From positions 24,504 to 88,503 of the forward strand of contig CALVKR010000004.1 in NCBI GenBank assembly GCA_944332995.1: a DNA stretch of 64,000 bases, written 5' to 3'. Origin of the DNA: an uncultured Clostridia bacterium (GTDB taxonomy: Bacteria > Bacillota > Clostridia > Christensenellales > CAG-917). Under the pieces are notes generated by a model. The model was given only the letters and a program-made list of their open reading frames with translations, searched no databases and was not told the origin of the DNA. Made by a program: the position numbers and the translations under genes. Positions 13,725 through 20,951 of the stretch are shown one piece after another; within the stretch, counting starts at the first letter, position 1, and the number at the start of each line of letters is the position of its first letter.

Positions 13725-14583
13725 TTTCCGCCTCCTTTGCGCTTATTCTTTTAAGCTCGTGGGCAAGCTGGTCTGCCGTCACGCACACGTCGGAAAAGCT
13801 CATTCCCTTTTCCTCGAGCTTTTTTTGTATTCTCGTAGCGAGCGGAACGCCGAGTTTTAACTCGTTCATTCTGTCGTAGTTTTTAAACACCTCTTTGGGC
13901 GTTCCCAAAAATTCCACTCTGCCCTTTGACAGCACAAGTATTCTGTCGGCAAGAGAGGCAATATCGTCCATATTGTGCGATATCAGAACGACGGTGGGAC
14001 ATTTTTCCTTCTGAAGTTTTTTGATAAGTTTTAAAATATCCTCTCTGCCCTCGGGGTCGAGCCCTGCCGCCACTTCGTCGAGCACCAGAATTTTGGGCTC
14101 CATTGCAATGACGCCTGCTATCGCCACCCTTCTCTTTTCTCCGCCCGAAAGCTCGAACGGACTGCGCTTGGCATATAAGTCGTAGTCGAGCCCGACAAGG
14201 TTTAAAGCCTCTTTTACACGGCGGTCTATCTCCTCTTTGTCGAGTTTCATATTTTTAGGACCGAAAGCGACGTCCTTTTCTACCGTGTCTTCAAACAGCT
14301 GATATTCGGGATATTGAAAAACCATGCCGACGCTAAAGCGTATAGACTTTAAATTTTTCTTTTCCTTTACCGAAAGTCCCAAAACGTTTATCTCGCCCGA
14401 TTGAATTTTGGTGAGCACGTTAAGGTGAGATATGAGCGTGGATTTGCCGCTGCCCGTCGCTCCGACGATACCGAAAAACTCGCCCTCCTCGATAGAGAAG
14501 GAAACGTCGGTGAGCGCATGCGTCTGATAGGGCGTCTTTTTTGAGTAGGTAAAACTCAAGTTTTTTACTTCAACGACTGCCAT
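13717..14583 (-). CDS. ecfA2: ECF transporter ATPase component 2
   Basis: Walker A GATGSGKST, ABC signature LSGGEKRRVAIAG, Walker B ILVLDE. Overlaps both neighbouring genes. Confidence 0.92.
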   Translation of the reverse strand: MAVVEVKNLSFTYSKKTPYQTHALTDVSFSIEEGEFFGIVGATGSGKSTLISHLNVLTKIQSGEINVLGLSVKEKKNLKSIRFSVGMVFQYPEYQLFEDTVEKDVAFGPKNMKLDKEEIDRRVKEALNLVGLDYDLYAKRSPFELSGGEKRRVAIAGVIAMEPKILVLDEVAAGLDPEGREDILKLIKKLQKEKCPTVVLISHNMDDIASLADRILVLSKGRVEFLGTPKEVFKNYDRMNELKLGVPLATRIQKKLEEKGMSFSDVCVTADQLAHELKRISAKEAENV

Positions 14584-15398
14584 ATTTCCTCCGCAAGTTC
14601 ATCCTCGTCCAGCGTATCGCCCTCGATTTTTATTCCGCTTTCGACAAGCGTTCTTTTCAGCTTGCCGACGGGCGGAAGGTCAAGATTTGCTCTCTTTAAA
14701 ATTTCGGTGCTGTCGAAAAGCGCCTTAGGCGTTCCGTCGAAAATTATCTCGCCCTCTTTTAGCGCTATCACTCTCTGCGACAGAGCCACCTCGCTCATAT
14801 CGTGAGTTATGTTTATGACGGTTATTCCGTCCTCGTTCATTTTTTTGACTACGGACATAACATCCTCCCGTCCGTCGGGGTCGAGCATGGAAGTCGCTTC
14901 GTCCAAAATGAGTATTTCGGGCTTCATGGCGAGCACTCCTGCTATGGCTATCCTCTGCTTTTGTCCGCCGCTCAGCCTTGAAGCGGTCGCCGTTTTATAT
15001 TCCGTCATGCCGACGGCGGCGAGAGAGTCGTCCACTCTCTTTACTATTTCGGACGGCTCCACCCCGAGATTTTCGGGGCCGAAAGCGACGTCGTCTTCGA
15101 CTATCGTCGCTACCATCTGATTGTCGGGATTCTGAAAAACCATACCCGCCTTCGAGCGCACCTCGAAAATGGTATCCTCGTTAGACGTGTCAACGCCCGT
15201 TACGAGCACGGTGCCCTCGCTCGGCTCAAAAAGCCCGTTAAGCAATTTTGCAAGAGTGGATTTACCGCACCCGTTTTTGCCGACAAGCGAAACAAATTCC
15301 CCTTTTTCTATCGAAAAGGAAATCCTTTTGAGCGCACTGTCACGCTCCTCGCTCTTGGCATATTGAAAACCTACGTTTTTTACTTCTATTTGCGGCAT
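14565..15398 (-). CDS. ecfA1: ECF transporter ATPase component 1
   Basis: Walker A GKNGCGKST, signature LSGGQKQRIAIAG, Walker B ILILDE. An in-frame TGA four codons upstream fixes ATG 15398 as the start. Confidence 0.92.
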   Translation of the reverse strand: MPQIEVKNVGFQYAKSEERDSALKRISFSIEKGEFVSLVGKNGCGKSTLAKLLNGLFEPSEGTVLVTGVDTSNEDTIFEVRSKAGMVFQNPDNQMVATIVEDDVAFGPENLGVEPSEIVKRVDDSLAAVGMTEYKTATASRLSGGQKQRIAIAGVLAMKPEILILDEATSMLDPDGREDVMSVVKKMNEDGITVINITHDMSEVALSQRVIALKEGEIIFDGTPKALFDSTEILKRANLDLPPVGKLKRTLVESGIKIEGDTLDEDELAEEIWQSLK

Positions 15399-15404
15399 AG
15401 CGGT

Positions 15405-15433
15405 ATTATATCATCTCGAAAGATTTTTGACAA
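15405..15433 (-). promoter_or_regulatory. Near-consensus promoter abutting the ecfA1 start codon (predicts a leaderless mRNA)
   Basis: Reverse strand TTGTCA (15428-15433) - 17 nt - TGaTATAAT (-10 at 15405-15410) - 6 nt - ATG (15398). No Shine-Dalgarno sequence is present. Confidence 0.5.
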
Positions 15434-15470
15434 TTTTTTTCACCTTTTTTTCCTATTTGAGTTTTATTGT

Positions 15471-15499
15471 TTGACTTAAATATTTTATATAATTATAAT
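15471..15499 (+). promoter_or_regulatory. SigA-type promoter for the pyruvate:ferredoxin oxidoreductase gene
   Basis: TTGACT (15471-15476) - 17 nt - TATAAT (15494-15499). Two T7 tracts 11 bp apart lie just upstream (15434-15451). Confidence 0.55.
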
Positions 15500-15544
15500 A
15501 TAACCAAATACAACAAATCAAAAAGACAAATTTTGGAGGTATTT

Positions 15545-18500
15545 ATGAAAAAAATGACAATCGACGGCAATACCGCTGCGGCGCATATCGCTTATGCGTT
15601 CTCAGACGTAGCCGCCATCTACCCCATCACGCCTTCATCGCCTATGGCGGAAAACTGCGACGAATGGGCAGGACAAGGTAGAAAAAACATCATGGGCAAC
15701 GTTGTCAAAATTGCCGAAATGCAATCCGAAGCCGGCGCGGCAGGCGCAGTTCACGGCTCTCTTGCGGCAGGCGCTTTGACCTCAACATTCACCGCAAGCC
15801 AAGGTTTGCTCCTTATGATTCCTAACATGTACAAGATTGCGGGCGAACTTCTTCCTTCCGTCTTCCACGTATCGGCAAGAAGCGTTGCAGGACACGCTCT
15901 CAACATCTTCGGTGATCACTCCGACGTTATGGCGTGCCGTCAGACGGGATTTGCCATGCTCGCTTCAAACAGCGTTCAGGAAGTCATGGATTTATCTTTG
16001 GTCGCTCATCTTTCCACTTTGGAATCTTCCGTCCCCTTCCTCAGCTTCTTCGACGGCTTCAGAACGTCGCACGAAGTCAGCAAAATCGACGGAATCGAAT
16101 ATGACGAAATCAAAAAGCTCGTCAACTTCAAAAAAATAGACGAGTTCCGTGCAAGAGCTTTAAACCCGGAACATCCGCATCAGCAAGGCACGGCTCAAAA
16201 CCCCGATATTTACTTCCAAAACAGAGAGGCTTCAAATAAATATTACGACGCCGTCCCCGCAATCGTTCAGGAGCAGATGGATAAAGTTTCCGCCCTCACC
16301 GGCAGAAAATATCACCTCGTCGATTACTACGGCGCCAAAGACGCAGACAGAGTCATCGTTATCATGGGCTCCGGTGCGGAAGCGGTTGAAGAAACCGTGG
16401 ATTATCTCAACGCTAAAGGACAAAAAGTCGGTCTTATCAAAGTCAGACTTTACAGACCTTTCCCCTGCGACGCTTTCGTAAACGCCATTCCGGCTTCCGT
16501 CAAGACGATGACCGTTATGGACAGGACGAAAGAGCCGGGCGCTCAAGGCGAACCGCTTTACCTCGACGTCGTTTCCGCTCTTAACGAAAAGGGCAAAAAA
16601 CTCGAGGTGCTCTGCGGACGTTACGGTATCGGCAGCAAGGAATTCAATCCTTCAATGGTCAACGCCATCTATGCAAACATGAACGGAGCCAAAAAAGACC
16701 GCTTCACCGTCGGCATCACCGACGACGTCACGGGACACTCGCTTGAAGTTACCGAAAAAATCGACGCTTCCGACGCAAGCTGCATCTCCTGCAAATTCTA
16801 CGGTCTCGGCTCGGACGGCACCGTCGGCGCTAACAAGAACAGCATCAAAATCATCGGTGACCACACCGAAAAATACGCTCAGGCTTACTTTGCTTACGAC
16901 TCCAAAAAATCGGGCGGCATCACCATTTCTCACCTCCGTTTCTCGGATAAGCCTATCCGCAGCACCTACCTCATCGACCAGGCAAACTTCGTAGCCTGCC
17001 ACAACGAGTCTTACGTGCTCCGTTACGATATGCTCTCCGACCTCAAAGAGGGCGGCACCTTCTTGCTCAACTCGCAATGGACTCCCGAAGAAATGGATTC
17101 TAAACTCCCTGCCGCTATGAAGAATATGATTGCCAAAAAGCACATCAAGTTCTACACCCTCGACGGTCTTAAAGTCGTTACCGCTCTCGGAACGAACAAG
17201 GGCGTCAACACCGTCATGCAAGCGGCATTCTTCAAACTTGCAAACATCATTCCTTATGAAGACGCAGAGCGTTATATGAAGGAAAAAATCAAAATAACCT
17301 ACGGAAAGAAAGGCGACGCCATAGTCAATATGAACTATGCCTGCGTCGACAACGCCATCAAAGAGCTTGTCGAAGTAAAATATCCCGAATCATGGGCAAC
17401 TACCACCGAGGGTGCGGCTCCGCTTAAAGTCGCAAACGATGAATACTTCAAAAACTTCATTGCTCCCATCGCTGCGCAGGAAGGCGACAAACTCCCCGTT
17501 TCGGCGTTCAATCCCACAGGCTGCGTTCCCACCGGCACGACAAAATTCGAGAAGCGCGGCATAGCCGTTTCCGTTCCTTTGTGGGATCCCGCAAAGTGTA
17601 TTCAATGTAACCAATGCTCCTTGGTCTGTCCGCATGCGGCTATCCGCCCCGTCCTCTCCAACGAGCTTGCCAATAAACCCGAAGGTTTCGTCACCAAGCC
17701 CGCAACGGGATTTGCCGGTTACGAATTCCGTATGCAGGTCAGCCCCTACGATTGCACCGGCTGTAAAAACTGCGTGGCTGTCTGCCCCGCCAAAGAAAAG
17801 GCTCTCACTATGGTCGGACTTGACGAGGCTATCGAAAAGGAAGCCGCCAATTGGGAATATGCGGACGCTTTGAAAGAAACCACCGCAGAACTCAAGACCA
17901 TGAACGTAAAGAACAGCCAATTCAAGAAGCCTTTGTTCGAGTTCTCCGGCGCTTGCGCAGGCTGCGGCGAAACTCCTTACGTCAAACTCATGTCCCAGCT
18001 CTTCGGCGACAGAATGCTCATCGCAAACGCAACCGGTTGTAGCTCCATCTACGGCGGCTCCGCTCCTACCTGTCCTTACACCAAAAACGACAAGGGTCGC
18101 GGTCCTGCTTGGGCAAACAGCTTGTTTGAAGACAATGCGGAATTCGGATACGGTATGAATCTGGCATACACCACCAGAAGAAACGTTTTGGAAGGATATG
18201 CAAACAGCCTCATCGAATCGGAAGTTTCCGACGATATGAAAGCCGCTCTCAAAGCATGGGTCGAAGGAAAAGAGGACGCAAAAGCAAGCGAGGAAGCTCG
18301 TGATAAGATAGTCGCTCTTCTCCCCGCTGAAAAGAAAAAGGCAAAGGGCGAAACGCTTGAGCTTTTAAACAAAGTCGAGCAAATGGAAGATTGCCTCATC
18401 AAAAAGTCAATCTGGATCGTCGGCGGCGACGGCTGGGCATACGATATCGGTTACAACGGCGTTGACCACGTGTTGGCAAGCGGCGATGACGTAAATATCC

Positions 18501-19060
18501 TCGTCCTTGACACCGAAGTTTACTCAAACACGGGCGGTCAGGCTTCTAAGTCTACTCCTGCCGGCGCAACTGCCAAGTTTGCCGCAACGGGCAAGAAGAC
18601 CAAGAAAAAGGACCTCGCACTCCTCGCTATGGACTACGGCTATATATATGTCGCTCAGGTTTCAATGGGTGCTAATATGCAACAGGTCGTTAAAGCTATG
18701 GCGGAAGCCGAAGCGTATCACGGACCTTCAATCATCATCGCCTACGCTCCCTGTATCAACCACGGCATAAAAGGCGGTATGGAAAATGCTCAGAAGGAAA
18801 TGAAGAACGCCGTCGAATGCGGATATTGGCAGCTGTTCCGTTACAACCCCGATTTGGTCGGAACGGGCAAAGCTCCTTTGGTCATCGACTCCAAAGAGCC
18901 CACGGGCGATTATCAGGCATTCTTGATGAACGAAACCCGTTACTCCGCACTTGCCAAGACTAACCCCGAAGCCGCAAAGACCTTGTTTGAAAAGAACGAG
19001 CAAGACGCAGCCAAGAAACGTGCTTACTATATCAAGAAAGCCGAAACCTTGGCAGAATAA
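15545..19060 (+). CDS. nifJ: Pyruvate:ferredoxin (flavodoxin) oxidoreductase
   Basis: 1171 aa. N-terminus MKKMTIDGNTAAAHIAYAFSDVAAIYPITPSSPMAE, two 4Fe-4S motifs (CIQCNQCSLVCP, CTGCKNCVAVCP) and TPP region GGDGWAYDIG. GGAGG RBS. Trimmed from the ORF start at 15467. Confidence 0.95.
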   Translation: MKKMTIDGNTAAAHIAYAFSDVAAIYPITPSSPMAENCDEWAGQGRKNIMGNVVKIAEMQSEAGAAGAVHGSLAAGALTSTFTASQGLLLMIPNMYKIAGELLPSVFHVSARSVAGHALNIFGDHSDVMACRQTGFAMLASNSVQEVMDLSLVAHLSTLESSVPFLSFFDGFRTSHEVSKIDGIEYDEIKKLVNFKKIDEFRARALNPEHPHQQGTAQNPDIYFQNREASNKYYDAVPAIVQEQMDKVSALTGRKYHLVDYYGAKDADRVIVIMGSGAEAVEETVDYLNAKGQKVGLIKVRLYRPFPCDAFVNAIPASVKTMTVMDRTKEPGAQGEPLYLDVVSALNEKGKKLEVLCGRYGIGSKEFNPSMVNAIYANMNGAKKDRFTVGITDDVTGHSLEVTEKIDASDASCISCKFYGLGSDGTVGANKNSIKIIGDHTEKYAQAYFAYDSKKSGGITISHLRFSDKPIRSTYLIDQANFVACHNESYVLRYDMLSDLKEGGTFLLNSQWTPEEMDSKLPAAMKNMIAKKHIKFYTLDGLKVVTALGTNKGVNTVMQAAFFKLANIIPYEDAERYMKEKIKITYGKKGDAIVNMNYACVDNAIKELVEVKYPESWATTTEGAAPLKVANDEYFKNFIAPIAAQEGDKLPVSAFNPTGCVPTGTTKFEKRGIAVSVPLWDPAKCIQCNQCSLVCPHAAIRPVLSNELANKPEGFVTKPATGFAGYEFRMQVSPYDCTGCKNCVAVCPAKEKALTMVGLDEAIEKEAANWEYADALKETTAELKTMNVKNSQFKKPLFEFSGACAGCGETPYVKLMSQLFGDRMLIANATGCSSIYGGSAPTCPYTKNDKGRGPAWANSLFEDNAEFGYGMNLAYTTRRNVLEGYANSLIESEVSDDMKAALKAWVEGKEDAKASEEARDKIVALLPAEKKKAKGETLELLNKVEQMEDCLIKKSIWIVGGDGWAYDIGYNGVDHVLASGDDVNILVLDTEVYSNTGGQASKSTPAGATAKFAATGKKTKKKDLALLAMDYGYIYVAQVSMGANMQQVVKAMAEAEAYHGPSIIIAYAPCINHGIKGGMENAQKEMKNAVECGYWQLFRYNPDLVGTGKAPLVIDSKEPTGDYQAFLMNETRYSALAKTNPEAAKTLFEKNEQDAAKKRAYYIKKAETLAE

Positions 19061-19207
19061 TTTAAAAAATCTTATAACGACTAATCAAACATCAGCTATG
19101 CTGACGCATCATTAGGCAAAGAGATTGAATACTAATAAAAATTTCGCGTATCTTTAGTCTTACGACTTGCAATCAACTACGAAAGAAGTAATTAGTAAAA
19201 AAAATTA

Positions 19208-19229
19208 AAAGCCGCCATATGGCGGCTTT
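19208..19229 (+). terminator. Intrinsic terminator after the PFOR gene
   Basis: aaagccgcc-atat-ggcggcttt followed by TTAATTTT. Confidence 0.8.
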
Positions 19230-19234
19230 TAATT

Positions 19235-19530
19235 TTGCTTTTTATATTCTTTTGTTTTCCCGTTTATTTTGTTACGCTTTTTCTTTTTCGGTATTTTTTT
19301 GCATTTGTCTCTTTGCGCTTTATCTTTTTCGGTATTCTATTTTTATTTAGCTTTTTGCGCTGTTTTGCTTTTTATATCGCTTTTGTTTTGTATCTTTATC
19401 TTTTCTTATTTATAGCGCATCTTATTTATACCGCATCTTATTTATCCGACTTTCATTTATACCGCATAGACATCTTCAATTTTCATATCCCTATTTTATT
19501 TATCACGAATTTACTTTCTTTTCTTTGATA
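19235..19530. repeat. T-rich low-complexity tract built from degenerate tandem repeats
   Basis: CGCTTT(T/A)TCTTTTTCGGTATT at 19275-19295 and 19316-19336 (period ~41 bp, with a degenerate third unit). CGCATCTTATTTATA-type 16-bp units at 19416-19477. The 97-aa F/L-rich ORF here is a composition artefact. Confidence 0.6.
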
Positions 19531-19702
19531 ACGGACAAAACGCCGTTGTTCTTTCTGCGCCAAAAACGCATCTTTGCCTTTGTCTGTTCCTATCGCTCCT
19601 GACGGCTTAACGTTCTATATGCGTCTGCGCCTTGGCAAACGCCCTCATTGCGGCGCATAAAATAAAACGGAAAACATATTTTCGCTTAGGCGGTAAAAGC
19701 GG

Positions 19703-20002
19703 TCAGTTTTTGATAAATTCGATTATATGTTTCTTCTTTTCCGTCGGCAAGGCGTTTATGAGCGTTTCGAGTTCTTTGTCGATGTTGTAGTCGTTTATGT
19801 CCGGACTGAAAAATCTGTCAATGGGAAAATTGCATATTTCCAAAATTTCGAGCAGTTTTTCGACGGTCAACACGATTCTGCCGCTTTCCACCTGCGCCAT
19901 ATACTGCGGGCTCATACCCATTCTTCCGCTGAGTTCCCTGGCGGATAAATTTGCCTGATTTCTGACGAAACCTATTCTGGATAAAACGTCCTTTATTTCC
20001 AT
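19703..20002 (-). CDS. XRE-family helix-turn-helix transcriptional regulator
   Basis: 99 aa with an HTH_3-type signature NLSARELSGRMGMSPQYMAQVESGR. ORF trimmed from 20110 to ATG 20002. Confidence 0.85.
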   Translation of the reverse strand: MEIKDVLSRIGFVRNQANLSARELSGRMGMSPQYMAQVESGRIVLTVEKLLEILEICNFPIDRFFSPDINDYNIDKELETLINALPTEKKKHIIEFIKN

Positions 20003-20089
20003 AACTTTTCCTACTCTTTTTCTCTTAGTATGAAACAATCCCTCCTGTCTGTTGAAAGGCGAGATACATAAAATATAGTCGAAAAGGAT

Positions 20090-20153
20090 ATTTTGAATAC
20101 TATAAAACATAATTTATGCTATAATGAATACTATAAGTAGTCATTTTGAATAC
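20090..20153. promoter_or_regulatory. Divergent control region with three operator-like GAATAC-centred motifs overlapping an extended -10 promoter
   Basis: ATTTTGAATAC at 20090-20100 and 20143-20153. GAATACTATAA at 20095-20105 and 20126-20136 (spacings 31 and 22 bp). TGcTATAAT at 20117-20125 faces the + strand gene. Confidence 0.5.
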
Positions 20154-20167
20154 GGAGAGTAATTTTA

Positions 20168-20680
20168 TTGACTGAAAAACATAAGATATGCTGCTTTATA
20201 GGACACCGCACAGTCAACCGTTCGTCCGCCTTAACGGAACGGCTGAGCGAGTTGATTTTATATCTTATATCCGAAGGCACACGGGTATTTTTGTTTGGAA
20301 GCAACAGCGAATTCGACGAATTGTGCTATGAATGCGTTACCAAACTGAAAGAAAACAATTTGGATATTAAAAGAGTTTACGTCAAGGCGGAATATTTCAA
20401 CGCCGACAGAGCGCACGCCGAGTTTTTAAACGGTTTTTTTGAGAGCACGGTGTGTCCCGCAAACCTTTGCCGAGCAGGCAAGGCGGTGTACATAAAGCGC
20501 AATTTTTATATGATAGACGTTTCAGACTTCTGCGTTTTTTATTATGACAAAACCTACAGCCCCGTCACAAAACAAATTAAAAACGGTCAAGTTCCACATT
20601 TCGCTAAAAGCGGAACGAAAATAGCATACGACTATGCCAAGAAGAAAAACAAAATGATAATAAATTTATTCGATAAATGA
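20168..20680 (+). CDS. SLOG-superfamily protein, DUF1273 (YpsA/YoqJ-like)
   Basis: 170 aa. TTG start with GGAGAG 8 nt upstream. KICCFIGHR.. and ..VFLFGSNSEFDELC.. fit the DUF1273 pattern. The family call is by eye only. Confidence 0.6.
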   Translation: MTEKHKICCFIGHRTVNRSSALTERLSELILYLISEGTRVFLFGSNSEFDELCYECVTKLKENNLDIKRVYVKAEYFNADRAHAEFLNGFFESTVCPANLCRAGKAVYIKRNFYMIDVSDFCVFYYDKTYSPVTKQIKNGQVPHFAKSGTKIAYDYAKKKNKMIINLFDK

Positions 20681-20802
20681 ATTATAATTTTTATGTTTAC
20701 CGAAAATCTTGTCCTGCCCTTTTTAAGAAGAAAGCATAAAAAACAACGATAATTGAAATTTAAAAATACTGTTTGCGCCGTCTTAATGCTTTTTTGATAA
20801 AT

Positions 20803-20826
20803 AAAAAGAGCCACACGGCTCTTTTT
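20803..20826. terminator. Bidirectional intrinsic terminator
   Basis: aaaaagagcc-acac-ggctcttttt. Confidence 0.75.
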
Positions 20827-20951
20827 AAAATCTGTTGATATCCATTTTTTGGCGTTTAAATAACTTTTGCTTTTTTTAATTTTGCCAGCCTTTTGCTGCG
20901 TCTTGAATTTATTTCTCTTTTGACAGATCCGGCAAGGGGCGCACAGACGTT

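Noticed and set aside
19235-19528. 97-aa F/L-rich ORF; also the 68-aa ORF at 36384..36590 and the 73-aa ORF at 11863..12084
   Set aside because: These are translations of T-rich low-complexity intergenic DNA with no RBS and implausible composition.
19530-20951. Mobile element or prophage remnant carrying the XRE-SLOG pair
   Set aside because: No integrase, recombinase or transposase is present. I saw no flanking direct or inverted repeats and no tRNA target. The pair is kept only as an accessory-module hypothesis in the findings.
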